36,186 nucleotides of DNA from NCBI GenBank assembly GCA_031411295.1, contig JANOAV010000193.1, positions 1 to 36,186 of the forward strand. The letters are read 5' to 3'. Within the stretch, counting starts at the first letter, position 1; every line of letters starts with the position of its first letter. Positions 19,376-28,423 of the stretch are shown piece by piece. The notes below the pieces were generated by a model. The model did not search any database, had not been told where the DNA came from, and worked only from the letters and a program-made list of their open reading frames with translations. The position numbers and the translations under genes were made by a program. Origin of the DNA: Verrucomicrobiales bacterium (GTDB taxonomy: Bacteria > Verrucomicrobiota > Verrucomicrobiia > Verrucomicrobiales > V1-33).

Positions 19376-19659
19376 GGTCATTAACAGCTAGCAGCTGCAG
19401 CAGAGCGGCTTGTAACTGTGAAGGGCCGAAGGCAGGTGACGGGGGAATGCGAAGCGGCAAATGCACTATGTCAGGAATAACGGATTAGCCAACTATCTTT
19501 TTGGCCCCGCAAAAACCTACTTTAGGAGGTGAAAATTATTCCGGTATCGCAACCGAATGCCAGATGCTGGGCAGCATGGCAAAAGACCTGCTTGCAGAAT
19601 GATTGAAACTCTCCACTCTGCCGCGTTGCCAGCGCTCGTGCGGCACACCTCATTCTCTC

Positions 19660-20571
19660 GTGGACTTCTATTTTCAACAATTGGTCAATGGTCTGGCGCT
19701 CGGCTCCATTTATGGGCTGATAGCGCTGGGTTACACCATGGTCTATGGGGTGCTGCGCTTCATCAATTTCGCCCACAGTGATGTGCTGATGCTCGGTGCC
19801 TATGCCGCCTTCTTCATGGCTCCGGCGATCGAGAAACTGGTGCCGCTGCCGGGAATGGCGGGAGCATTGATCGTGATTCTCCTGGCCGCCTTAATCTGCG
19901 CGGTGATCGGTATGTTGATCGAATTTCTGGCCTATCGCCCACTGCGCTCGCGCCCCAAGTTAACTGTGCTCATTACAGCCATCGGAGTTTCCTTGTTCAT
20001 TGAATTCACCTGTCAGCACAAGGCCGTCTTTGGCGCGGCCAATCGGGCGTTTCCCAAGCTGATCGATTTTCCCAACTTTACCCTGCTGGGACTGACGATT
20101 CCCAGCCTGAGCGTCATCATCGTGGTGATCACAGCGCTGATGTTGGGTGGCATGTGGTTCATCGTGCAGAAGACCAAGACGGGTGCGGCCATGCGCGCGG
20201 TCTCATTTAATCAACAAGCTGCTGCGCTGATGGGGATCAATATCAATCGCATTATCTCCTTCACCTTCGGCCTCGGTTCGGCTTTGGCAGCGGTGGCGGG
20301 CGTGCTTTATGCCCTGACTGCACCAGCCATCGAACCGCTCATGGGCACTCAGCCTGGCTTGCGCGCCTTTATTGCTGCGGTGTTGGGCGGGATCGGAAAT
20401 TTACCCGGAGCCGTTTTGGGAGGCATTCTGCTGGGACTGCTGGAAACATTTGCCGGAGCCATCCCTGGGTTGTCCACCTATCGCGATGCCATTGCCTTCG
20501 CCATTCTCATTCTCATCCTGCTCTTCAAACCAGCCGGCCTCCTCGGCAAAGCCACGGTCGAAAAAGTATGA
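19660..20571 (+). CDS. livH: Branched-chain amino acid ABC transporter permease (probable GTG start 19660)
   Basis: QQLVNGLALGSIYGLIALGYTMVYGVLRFINFAH; FIAAVLGGIG. Confidence 0.93.
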   Translation: MDFYFQQLVNGLALGSIYGLIALGYTMVYGVLRFINFAHSDVLMLGAYAAFFMAPAIEKLVPLPGMAGALIVILLAALICAVIGMLIEFLAYRPLRSRPKLTVLITAIGVSLFIEFTCQHKAVFGAANRAFPKLIDFPNFTLLGLTIPSLSVIIVVITALMLGGMWFIVQKTKTGAAMRAVSFNQQAAALMGININRIISFTFGLGSALAAVAGVLYALTAPAIEPLMGTQPGLRAFIAAVLGGIGNLPGAVLGGILLGLLETFAGAIPGLSTYRDAIAFAILILILLFKPAGLLGKATVEKV

Positions 20572-21572
20572 AATCACTTCCCGGTGCCAAACGTTGGTTA
20601 ATTCTCGCCATCATTCTCGCCATAGTGGCGGGAGCGCTGGCTGGTCAATTCAATCGCTACTATCTCGGGGTGTGGATGGATTGTGGCATTAACATTATCC
20701 TCGCAGTAAGCCTGAATTTGATCAACGGCCACACGGGCCAATTCAGTTTGGGCCATGCCGGCTTCATGTCGGTGGGTGGCTATACGGCTGCGAAACTCTC
20801 TCTGGTGTATAACGACAGCGTGCCTAGTTTCCTGCATGTATTTGATCAGTGGAAAAATTTCTTCCAATACATCCCTAGCAGTGTGGAGTGTTGGCGCTTT
20901 ATTCTTTTAGGTTCTGGACTGCTCCTCGGCGGACTGGCCTCGGCCCTGGCAGGTTTGGCGGTCGGGGTGCCTTCCCTGCGCTTGCGCGGGGATTACTTGG
21001 CCATCGTCACCCTGGGCTTCGGAGAGATCATCCGCGTCATTTTCCAGAACATGGAAGCCGTGGGGGCTGCCAGCGGCTTGAGTGGAATCCCGAAATACAC
21101 CACGCTAGGCTGGACGTTCGGTCTGGCTGCCGTGACCGTTTACATCGTGGCCACGCTGGTGAACTCCACCTACGGCCGGGGCTTCCTGGCGGTAAGCGAC
21201 GACGAAGTGGCCGCCAGTTCCATGGGCATCAATCCCACGCGTTATAAAGTCACGGCTTTTGTCATCGGTGCCTTCTTTGCTGGCATTGCAGGCGGACTTT
21301 ACGCGCACCACAAACAAACGCTGACGCCCACGCAATTCGATTTCATGAAGTCCATCGACATCGTTGTCATGGTCATCCTTGGTGGTATGGGACGCACCGG
21401 GGGCGTGATTCTGGCGGCCATTATTCTGACGTGGATGCCGGAAATGTTGCGGGGCTTTGCCGAATACCGGATGATCATTTACGCGCTGATGATTATTGGC
21501 TTGATGATGCTGCGGCCGCAGGGCTTGTTCACTCTGAATTTCAAACGCAAGGGAGGGCAGGCTCCCACATGA
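20568..21572 (+). CDS. livM: Branched-chain amino acid ABC transporter permease
   Basis: NLINGHTGQFSLGHAGF, LRLRGDYLAIVTLGFGEI; ATGA overlap with livH. Confidence 0.93.
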   Translation: MKSLPGAKRWLILAIILAIVAGALAGQFNRYYLGVWMDCGINIILAVSLNLINGHTGQFSLGHAGFMSVGGYTAAKLSLVYNDSVPSFLHVFDQWKNFFQYIPSSVECWRFILLGSGLLLGGLASALAGLAVGVPSLRLRGDYLAIVTLGFGEIIRVIFQNMEAVGAASGLSGIPKYTTLGWTFGLAAVTVYIVATLVNSTYGRGFLAVSDDEVAASSMGINPTRYKVTAFVIGAFFAGIAGGLYAHHKQTLTPTQFDFMKSIDIVVMVILGGMGRTGGVILAAIILTWMPEMLRGFAEYRMIIYALMIIGLMMLRPQGLFTLNFKRKGGQAPT

Positions 21573-22375
21573 TCAAGTCCTCCCATCTGCTCCACTTAGA
21601 GGAAGCCACGATTCGCTTTGGCGGATTGACGGCCGTTTCCAAATTGTCCCTGACGATTGGCGGCAACGAAATGATTGGGCTCATCGGACCGAACGGGGCC
21701 GGTAAGACCACCGCATTCAATATGATCACCGGGGTTTATCAGCCCACCAGTGGCCGCATTTCCTTTGCGGGCCGTCCCATTGCAGGGTTGAAAGCCCACG
21801 AGCTAACCAAGTTGGGCGTGGCGCGAACCTTTCAAAATATTCGTCTCTTCGGCAGTCTCAGCGTGTTCGATAACGTTCGCGCGGCCACGCAGCTTCATCG
21901 TAGTCATGGCGTGATCAACGCCCTCTGGCGGGGCCAGGCCTTCCATGAGTCCGAGCGTGAAGTAAGAACCTTAGTCATGGATCTGCTCAGCATTTTCAAA
22001 CTGGACGGCTGTGCGGATGAGGAAGCCAAAAGCCTTCCTTATGGCGATCAACGACGGCTGGAAATCGTCCGCGCGTTGGCTACGAAACCAAAACTACTCC
22101 TGCTGGACGAGCCTGCAGCGGGCATGAATCCCACGGAGAAGGAAGCCTTGATGCACCTCATCCGCTTCATTCAGGAGAAATTTCAAATCAGCATCCTGCT
22201 GGTGGAACACGACATGAAAGTCGTCATGGGCATCTGCCAGCGCATAGCGGTGCTGGAATACGGCGTGAAGATCGCAGAAGGCACGCCCGCCGAAATTCAG
22301 AATGATCCCAAGGTGATCAAAGCCTATCTGGGCACCGAAGATGAAGACGAAAAGGAGGACGTTGCGCATGCTTGA
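21569..22375 (+). CDS. livG: Branched-chain amino acid ABC transporter ATP-binding protein (start ATG 21569)
   Basis: GPNGAGKTT, ARTFQNIRLF, LPYGDQRRLEI, LLLDEPAAG; ATGA overlap with livM. Confidence 0.95.
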   Translation: MIKSSHLLHLEEATIRFGGLTAVSKLSLTIGGNEMIGLIGPNGAGKTTAFNMITGVYQPTSGRISFAGRPIAGLKAHELTKLGVARTFQNIRLFGSLSVFDNVRAATQLHRSHGVINALWRGQAFHESEREVRTLVMDLLSIFKLDGCADEEAKSLPYGDQRRLEIVRALATKPKLLLLDEPAAGMNPTEKEALMHLIRFIQEKFQISILLVEHDMKVVMGICQRIAVLEYGVKIAEGTPAEIQNDPKVIKAYLGTEDEDEKEDVAHA

Positions 22376-23075
22376 AATCCAAAATTTAGCCGTTAGTTAC
22401 GGCAGCATCAAAGCGCTCCACGGCATTACCCTGAGCGTTCCGGAGAAATCCATCGTGACGTTGATCGGAGCCAACGGGGCCGGTAAATCCACTACTCTCC
22501 GTGCAATTTCCGGTTTGGTGAAGACCGCTTCCGGCACCGTAAAATACGACGGTCAAGACATCACTAATCTGCCCGCGCACCAGATCGTGGCTCGTGGTCT
22601 CTGCCATGTCCCGGAAGGCCGCATGGTCTTTGCCAATCTTACGGTGGAAGAAAATCTCCGGATGGGAGCCTACCTGCGCAAGGACGCACCGGGCATTCGC
22701 GCGGATCTCGATTACTGCTTCCATGTCTTTCCCCGGCTTAGAGAGCGCCTCACCCAATTGGCCGGCACCCTCAGCGGAGGCGAGCAGCAAATGCTGGCCA
22801 TCGGCCGGGCCGTCATGAGTAAACCGCGTTGCCTCATGCTCGATGAACCCTCGCTGGGCATCGCGCCCATTTTGGTGCGGAACATTTTCAAACAGATCGT
22901 CGCCATTAATCAGGAGCGCGGCATTACCGTGCTGTTGGTGGAACAAAACGCGAACCTCGCCTTGAAGATCTCCTCCTTCGGTTACGTGCTGGAGACTGGT
23001 AAAGTCATCCTCGAAAATACCGCCACCGCCTTGCGAAGTGATCCGGAAGTGCAGGCGGCCTACCTCGGGCACTAG
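22368..23075 (+). CDS. livF: Branched-chain amino acid ABC transporter ATP-binding protein (start ATG 22368)
   Basis: GANGAGKST, VPEGR, LSGGEQQMLAIGRA, LDEPSLG, VEQN. Confidence 0.95.
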   Translation: MLEIQNLAVSYGSIKALHGITLSVPEKSIVTLIGANGAGKSTTLRAISGLVKTASGTVKYDGQDITNLPAHQIVARGLCHVPEGRMVFANLTVEENLRMGAYLRKDAPGIRADLDYCFHVFPRLRERLTQLAGTLSGGEQQMLAIGRAVMSKPRCLMLDEPSLGIAPILVRNIFKQIVAINQERGITVLLVEQNANLALKISSFGYVLETGKVILENTATALRSDPEVQAAYLGH

Positions 23076-23186
23076 CAGTCGGCAAGGACGTGGAGGGATG
23101 CGGGTTAGGTTGGTCTTGGGCGATGTTCGTTTTTCTCCACGCAACTCCCTTGTCATTCTCTCAACTGCTCGTTAGGGTATCATCCC

Positions 23187-24281
23187 ATGAAAAGGAGCCC
23201 GTCATTACTCTTCGCTTTAGCCGCCGCCGCAGGCTGCAGCTTACTGTGTCAATGCGACCAGTCCTCCTCCCCCCGCACGCGCTCCGCTAGCAAGGGGCCG
23301 CAGGAGAACATTGATGAGGAGGAGAAACGTGACGCCAAGAATCTGCGGGCGGTGGATGATCCCATTAAGCGGGAGATTGCCAAACTGCACACCACGGCAC
23401 GCACGGCCTTGATTCAGGGGAAATTTTCTGACCTGGAAGGAATCGCGCGTGATCTGCGGGAGCGCAAAGCGGTGTTCGACAATGGTTCCTGGCAGATTTA
23501 CCAATTCTACACCGGTTTGGAGTGTGAGGATAACAGTCCTGCGCAGCTCTGGAAGGAACATTTCCAACTCCATCAACGCTGGGTGACAGAGCAGCCAGAA
23601 TCCATCACCGCGCAGGTGGCGATGGCGGATTTCCTGGTTAATTATGCGTGGGAGGCCCGGGGGAATGGCTTTGCCAATGAAATAAGTGCGGCCGGGCGGG
23701 AGTTGTTTGTGGAGCGACTGGCGGCGGCGCACAAGGTCCTGGAGGAAGCATCGAAACTGAAGGAGCGTGATCCCTATTGGTGGCTGGTGGCTTCCAAGGT
23801 GGCGCTGGGTCAAGGTTGGCATCCGGATGAATTCAGCGCGTTGATCAATCAAGGTCTGGAGTTTGCACCCAAATTCTGGGCCTTGGACGTGAAGCGGGCC
23901 TATTCGCTAATGCCCCGTTGGTATGGCCAGAAGGGGGATTGGGAGAAGTATGCGCTGGAGACATCGGAGCGGCCTGATGGCTTGGGCGCGGAGGTCTACA
24001 CGCGGATTGTGATCGATCAGTTGACCTTCTATGACAACATTTTCCGGGACACCAAAGCGTCCTGGCCCAAGGTGCGCCAAGGTTTGGAGCTGATGCGGCA
24101 ACGTTACCCGAAGTCGCCCGAACCAATCAACTACACGGCACTGCTGGCTACGGCAGCCATGGATCGCGAGCTGGCGAAACAGATGTTCACCGAGATGGGG
24201 GACAACTACGTGCCGAGCATCTGGAAGAAACCGGAGCGGTTAACGCACTATCGGCATTGGGCATTTACCGGGAAATGGTAG
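23187..24281 (+). CDS. Exported (probable lipoprotein) DUF4034-domain helical protein
   Basis: Signal peptide with Cys residues; YAWEARGNGFA and LMPRWYG motifs typical of DUF4034 proteins. Confidence 0.75.
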   Translation: MKRSPSLLFALAAAAGCSLLCQCDQSSSPRTRSASKGPQENIDEEEKRDAKNLRAVDDPIKREIAKLHTTARTALIQGKFSDLEGIARDLRERKAVFDNGSWQIYQFYTGLECEDNSPAQLWKEHFQLHQRWVTEQPESITAQVAMADFLVNYAWEARGNGFANEISAAGRELFVERLAAAHKVLEEASKLKERDPYWWLVASKVALGQGWHPDEFSALINQGLEFAPKFWALDVKRAYSLMPRWYGQKGDWEKYALETSERPDGLGAEVYTRIVIDQLTFYDNIFRDTKASWPKVRQGLELMRQRYPKSPEPINYTALLATAAMDRELAKQMFTEMGDNYVPSIWKKPERLTHYRHWAFTGKW

Positions 24282-24336
24282 TCCAGGGATGGGACTTTGT
24301 CTGGTCAACCAGTCGCTCCACTTTAAGCGAGGGAAA

Positions 24337-24409
24337 TGGAGAATAGCGGGTTCGAACCGCTGACCTCCTCAATGCCATTGAGGCGCTCTACCAACTGAGC
24401 TAATTCCCC
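24337..24409 (-). tRNA. tRNA-Ala (GGC), CCA not encoded
   Basis: Reverse complement GGGGAATTAGCTCAGTTGGTAGAGCGCCTCAATGGCATTGAGGAGGTCAGCGGTTCGAACCCGCTATTCTCCA, 73 nt, cloverleaf with G3:U70. Confidence 0.97.
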
Positions 24410-24468
24410 GGATCTGCGAAGAGATTTTCGAGAGGGCGGGAGAATACTGCGGTTGCGGGGAATGCCAA

Positions 24469-24885
24469 CTAATTTTTTCCCGTGGGGGAAAATTTCTCTG
24501 ATTCGGCGGGCACGAGGGCTAACCAGCGTCGGACTTTCGGCAACGCGAGGGCGGCCAACAGGCTGCCGAGGCAATCTGCCATCCAATCATAAACATCCAG
24601 CCCGCTGCGGCCCGGAGTAAAGCTTTGATGCCATTCGTCGAACCAGCCCACAGCGGCCCCGACCAGGAGAATTATGAGAGGAACCCGGCGTTTCCCACTT
24701 AAAGCCATTCCAAGCGCCAGCCCGCCCCCGAAAAAATAACCGCAATGCTCCACCTTATCGAACCCCATGATGTCGATATTTGGCCCTGGATGGCTCATGC
24801 TGCTGAGGATGCACAGCACGGTAAACCACAGTCCATACATCCAGCCCCAGAAGCGGTGCGGACGGTGTCGGAGCCAGTTGATCAT
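24469..24885 (-). CDS. VanZ family membrane protein
   Basis: DKVEHCGYF, DEWHQSFTPGRS...DWMAD. Confidence 0.9.
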   Translation of the reverse strand: MINWLRHRPHRFWGWMYGLWFTVLCILSSMSHPGPNIDIMGFDKVEHCGYFFGGGLALGMALSGKRRVPLIILLVGAAVGWFDEWHQSFTPGRSGLDVYDWMADCLGSLLAALALPKVRRWLALVPAESEKFSPTGKN

Positions 24886-24906
24886 GGGGATTCCGGGACG
24901 AATACG

Positions 24907-25197
24907 CTATCGATTCTCCTGCTCCAGGCGCTCGCTCAGCCATTGCTTGATCATGCTTTGGTAATTGAGGTACCGGCGGCGAGCGATGCGCTTGATGCGG
25001 CTGAGCATTCGCGGATCGAAACGCAGGGTGATGGTGGTGGACTCCCGCACATCGGGCCGATGCATCGAGCCATGCATCAGGCGACCGTCAAGCTGGTGCT
25101 GAGACCAAAATAGGGCCTCGGCGCGCTCGTCCTCGAAGGCAGGCACATCCTTCCAAGCACGCACGGAAATGAGGGGAGTAACGGAGGTGGTTTGCAT
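24907..25197 (-). CDS. CopG/BrnA-like antitoxin
   Basis: VPAFEDERAEALFW, ITLRFDPRML..IKRIA....LNYQSMIKQWLSERL ribbon-helix-helix; follows BrnT-like gene. Confidence 0.85.
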   Translation of the reverse strand: MQTTSVTPLISVRAWKDVPAFEDERAEALFWSQHQLDGRLMHGSMHRPDVRESTTITLRFDPRMLSRIKRIARRRYLNYQSMIKQWLSERLEQENR

Positions 25198-25207
25198 AGG
25201 GGGAGGA

Positions 25208-25486
25208 TCAACTGTCTTCGGCTTTTTTGCGCTCGTAAAAATAGCTCTCCTCGGCGGTCATGGGCCGAGCGTAGATGACGCGGTAACGCTTACCATCCGT
25301 CCAGAAGAGGCTAAAAATGGCCACGCCGGAGAGCGACTTGCCCAGGCAGAAGTAACGCGCCTGCGCATCTTCAGCGACGGACTCGGGTAGCAGCTTCAGC
25401 GAGAAAGGATCTTCAAAGGCCTCCTCAATGTCCTTGGGCGGTAGCTTCGCCAAGTCGAAGGGGGGATCGATCCAATCAAAGTCCAT
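25208..25486 (-). CDS. BrnT-like (DUF497) toxin-fold protein
   Basis: MDFDW...EEAFEDP...RYFCLG...RVIYARPMT.EE..FYE. Confidence 0.8.
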   Translation of the reverse strand: MDFDWIDPPFDLAKLPPKDIEEAFEDPFSLKLLPESVAEDAQARYFCLGKSLSGVAIFSLFWTDGKRYRVIYARPMTAEESYFYERKKAEDS

Positions 25487-25538
25487 GTGTGTCGTCTAGT
25501 GCAAGGAACAAGCCAGCGCCCAGCAGTGGGGCACCGAT

Positions 25539-25916
25539 TTATTTCGAGTATTGGATCAGTTCTATCTCATAACCCTCAGGCGCGTCAATGAAAGCGAACA
25601 CGCCGCTGGAACTCGGCGTCGGCCCATCCGACAACGGGTAGCCCAAAGCCTCGGCATGTTGGGCAAACGCGGCCAAGTCCTCCACCTCGAAAGCGAGGTG
25701 TGTGAGATCGCTGCAAAAGCTTACCGCACCGCTCGCTGGGTAGCTGCATATTTCGATGAGTTCCTCACTGTTGGGCGTCTTCAGAAAGACCAACTCCGAG
25801 CCACGCGGCGACTTGTGCCTACGCACCTCTTCGAGACCAAGCACGGACTTATAGAAGGTGATCGTCTTTTCCAGATCGTTCACACGATAGCGAGTGTGGA
25901 GCAGCTTTTTAACCAT
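25539..25916 (-). CDS. VOC family protein / lactoylglutathione lyase-like
   Basis: LLHTRYRVNDLEKTITFYKSVLG, HLAFEVED, FIDAPEGYEIELI. Confidence 0.9.
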   Translation of the reverse strand: MVKKLLHTRYRVNDLEKTITFYKSVLGLEEVRRHKSPRGSELVFLKTPNSEELIEICSYPASGAVSFCSDLTHLAFEVEDLAAFAQHAEALGYPLSDGPTPSSSGVFAFIDAPEGYEIELIQYSK

Positions 25917-25984
25917 AGTGCCTGCGGCTATGGCACAGGGTCGTCAGGGTAGCAAGGCTGCGGAAGTCCAGACGCCGCGCCAAC

Positions 25985-26497
25985 TTACTGAGCCGCTTCA
26001 AACTCCTTCAGCATCTGCCGCAGTTCTTGGCTGGAGTATTGCTTCCGCATCGACGCCGCAGCCTGCACGGCGAGCACGTCGCAGCGTTCATTCTGGGGGT
26101 GGCCGCTGTGGCCCTTCACCCAATGCCAGCGCATCGTGTGGCGAGCGACTTGTTCATCGAGTGCCCGCCACAGGTCTTCGTTCTTCACAGCAGTCTTGGT
26201 GGAGGTCTTCCAACCACGCGCCTTCCAGCCCTTGATCCACTGGGTGATGCCGTCCATGACGTACTTCGAGTCGGTAAAAATGTCGATGTCGCAGTGGATC
26301 TTCAGCGCCCGCAACGCCTCGATGGCGGCCATCAGTTCCATGCGGTTGTTGGTCGTCGCGGGTGCCGGCCCCGAGAGTTCTTTGACGTGTTTGCCATACT
26401 CCATCACCGCCGCCCAGCCACCGGGGCCGGGGTTGCCCTCGCAGGCACCGTCGGTGTAGATGCGGACTTGTTTGGCAGTAGGACTAGCGGCGGGCAT
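25985..26497 (-). CDS. rnhA: Ribonuclease HI (probable start ATG 26497)
   Basis: [52 protein letters not shown]. Confidence 0.97.
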   Translation of the reverse strand: MPAASPTAKQVRIYTDGACEGNPGPGGWAAVMEYGKHVKELSGPAPATTNNRMELMAAIEALRALKIHCDIDIFTDSKYVMDGITQWIKGWKARGWKTSTKTAVKNEDLWRALDEQVARHTMRWHWVKGHSGHPQNERCDVLAVQAAASMRKQYSSQELRQMLKEFEAAQ

Positions 26498-26548
26498 GGG
26501 CGGGTGATGATGGCGTGGCGGGCGCGACAGTCCAGGAGTTTGGCAGCC

Positions 26549-26580
26549 GTAGCGCCCCGTGCGTCCCGTCTGCCTTGTGC
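26549..26580 (+). repeat. Degenerate REP-like element (GTAG type)
   Basis: GTAGCGCCCCGTGCGTCCCGTCTGCCTTGTGC is closely similar to the copies at 32322-32354 and 32507-32535. Confidence 0.65.
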
Positions 26581-26706
26581 ATGCGGCGCTATATCCCCAC
26601 GCCAGAGAAGGCCGCGGCCTCATCACCCGGCTCGACACCAGCGTGCGCAACAAGTTCCGCGATGCCGTGGAAATCCTCGCCGAATGGCAAACCGCCAGCC
26701 ACATCC

Positions 26707-26726
26707 GCCGCCGCAGCCAGCCCACC
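26707..26726 (+). repeat. 20-bp direct repeat, copy 1
   Basis: GCCGCCGCAGCCAGCCCACC, identical at 28307-28326. Confidence 0.85.
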
Positions 26727-26730
26727 AACA

Positions 26731-26817
26731 TACGCCGCTGCCATGACCAAGGTGGAATCGCTCATGAATGCCAAGCCAGGCAGCGCCAAGGAGGTAGAGC
26801 TGTTATGCGCGTCCTAG
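26731..26817 (+). pseudogene. Short fragment resembling the N-terminus of a HigA-type HTH antitoxin
   Basis: [25 protein letters not shown] resembles YxAALxRIExLMxAxPGTxExDEL; no HTH follows. Confidence 0.5.
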
Positions 26818-28244
26818 GTGGGATTGGGTCTTCCCGGCGGCTCCCACTCAAAGCCTATGGCATCGAGCCTCGCCTTCTGCTCCGGCTTCAGGGTGCCGAT
26901 GCGCAGGCGGATGCGCTGGTTGTCTCGCCAGTGCAGGAATCCTGCGGATGACTGGTTCTTCAATGTGATGCGCAGATGCCCGTGCTGTTGCTGAAACCGC
27001 ACCAACTCCTCGAACCTCGCCTCCCAGCCGCTGACGAAGTGCAACTTGTCTGAAGCCCAGTCAAAGCCGACCTCCTCCAACCGCCGCTGACGCTCCGCCA
27101 GCAGCGTGTTTAGCCGGTGGTGATTACGCTGCTGACGCACCCACCGCGCCAGCACATGATCTGCACCTTTGCCCTTGGGCACCTGGCAGTGTCCGTGCTG
27201 CTGGCGGAAGGCCAGCAGCCGCTCAAACAGGCTTTCCCACAGCGCCACATTGTGCTCTTCCATGGCTGGACTCAACCGTTCCGGTTGCTCCCACTCAAAG
27301 CCGATGGCGTCCAGCCGCGCCTTCTGCTCCGGCGGCATCACACCGCTGCGGAACCGGATGCGCTGGTTGTCCCGCCAGTGCATTAATCCTGCGGATGACT
27401 GGTTCTTCAAGGTGATGCGCAAATGCCCGTGCTGTTGCTGAAACCTCACCAACTCCTCGAACCTCGCCTCCCAGCCGCTGACCAAGTGCAACTTGTCCGA
27501 AGCCCAGTCAAAGCCGACCTCCTCCAACCGCCGCTGACGCTCCGCCAGCAGCCTGTTTTTTCGGCGATGATAACGCTGCCGCTGCACCCACCGCGCCAGT
27601 AATCTATCTGCGCTGCTGATATTGGGCACCTGGCAGTGTCCGTGCTGCTCGCGGAAGGCCAGCAACCGCTCAAACAGGCTCTCCCACAGCGCCACATTGT
27701 GCTCCTCCATGGATGGACTCAACCGTTCCGGCTGCACCCACTCAAAGCCGATGGCGTCCAGCCGCGCCTTCTGCTCCGGCGGCATCACACCGTTACGGAA
27801 CCGGATGCGCTGGTTGTCCCGCCAGTGCAGGAATCCTGCGGATGACTGGTTCTTTAGGGTAATGCGCAGATGCCCGTGCTGTTGCTGAAACCTCACCAAC
27901 TCCTCGAACCGCGCCTCCCAGCGTGCCTCCGTGTTGTCCCCAGGGCGGGAATACTCCTCGACCACGTCCCAGTCCACCCCCAGCGCCTTCAGCTCCCGTT
28001 GCTTGGTTGCCGAGAGCAAGCCCTTATGAAACAGCTTCACCTGCTTCTCCAGCCACTCAGCCAACTGGGGATGCCGCCGATCCCCCTTGGGGATATAGCA
28101 GTGTCTATGCTGCATTTGGTAGCAGACCAGTTGATGTAGCATGCGCTGCCAAGCGGCATCGTGCTCCTCTTGGATCATCGTCCCGTCGTGCTGTGCAGCA
28201 CCTGCGGCTGGCTCGGCTTCATAAAATAGGGCTCCATCACTCAT
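26814..28244 (-). CDS. Helicase-associated (HA) domain repeat protein, six HA repeats, no helicase core (probable start 28244)
   Basis: Six W...L..F...HGH..VP...L..W...QR......L...L..hGFxW units. Confidence 0.9.
   Translation of the reverse strand: MSDGALFYEAEPAAGAAQHDGTMIQEEHDAAWQRMLHQLVCYQMQHRHCYIPKGDRRHPQLAEWLEKQVKLFHKGLLSATKQRELKALGVDWDVVEEYSRPGDNTEARWEARFEELVRFQQQHGHLRITLKNQSSAGFLHWRDNQRIRFRNGVMPPEQKARLDAIGFEWVQPERLSPSMEEHNVALWESLFERLLAFREQHGHCQVPNISSADRLLARWVQRQRYHRRKNRLLAERQRRLEEVGFDWASDKLHLVSGWEARFEELVRFQQQHGHLRITLKNQSSAGLMHWRDNQRIRFRSGVMPPEQKARLDAIGFEWEQPERLSPAMEEHNVALWESLFERLLAFRQQHGHCQVPKGKGADHVLARWVRQQRNHHRLNTLLAERQRRLEEVGFDWASDKLHFVSGWEARFEELVRFQQQHGHLRITLKNQSSAGFLHWRDNQRIRLRIGTLKPEQKARLDAIGFEWEPPGRPNPT
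26830..27920 (-). repeat. Intragenic tandem repeat, 447-bp unit, about 2.5 copies
   Basis: WEARFEEL codons begin at 27920, 27473 and 27026; near-identical DNA between copies. Confidence 0.9.
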
Positions 28245-28306
28245 AAGAAAGAATGTTTTCAAATAGGCATTCACTAGGCAAGCACAACGTGAGACAAGCG
28301 TGCGCT

Positions 28307-28326
28307 GCCGCCGCAGCCAGCCCACC
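28307..28326 (+). repeat. 20-bp direct repeat, copy 2
   Basis: GCCGCCGCAGCCAGCCCACC, exactly 1600 bp after copy 1. Confidence 0.85.
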
Positions 28327-28398
28327 GACACCCCCACGCCCCCTGTGACCCCCGTGCCGATACCCGTATAGCCATGGCCTTGCCCCAACCTGCCACTC

Positions 28399-28423
28399 AG
28401 CCCCGTTCTCCCGGGGCTTTTTT
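28399..28423 (+). terminator. Rho-independent terminator
   Basis: AGCCCCG-TTCTCC-CGGGGCT hairpin followed by a T tract. Confidence 0.75.

Noticed and set aside
24337..24409. tRNA-Ala as integration site of a genomic island
   Set aside because: No integrase and no duplicated tRNA 3' end were found in the window.
25985..26497. RNase H beside the island as part of a retron, DGR or RT-based defence system
   Set aside because: It is a canonical stand-alone RNase HI, and no reverse transcriptase motifs were seen anywhere in the window.
26498..26731. 78-aa N-terminal extension of RNase HI in the ORF track
   Set aside because: It runs antisense through a REP-like repeat and a gene scrap; RNase HI homology begins just after ATG 26497.
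26830..27920. CRISPR array or DGR template/variable repeat pair
   Set aside because: The repeats are 447-bp in-frame coding units with no unique spacers; there are no cas or RT genes, and differences are not evidently adenine-specific.
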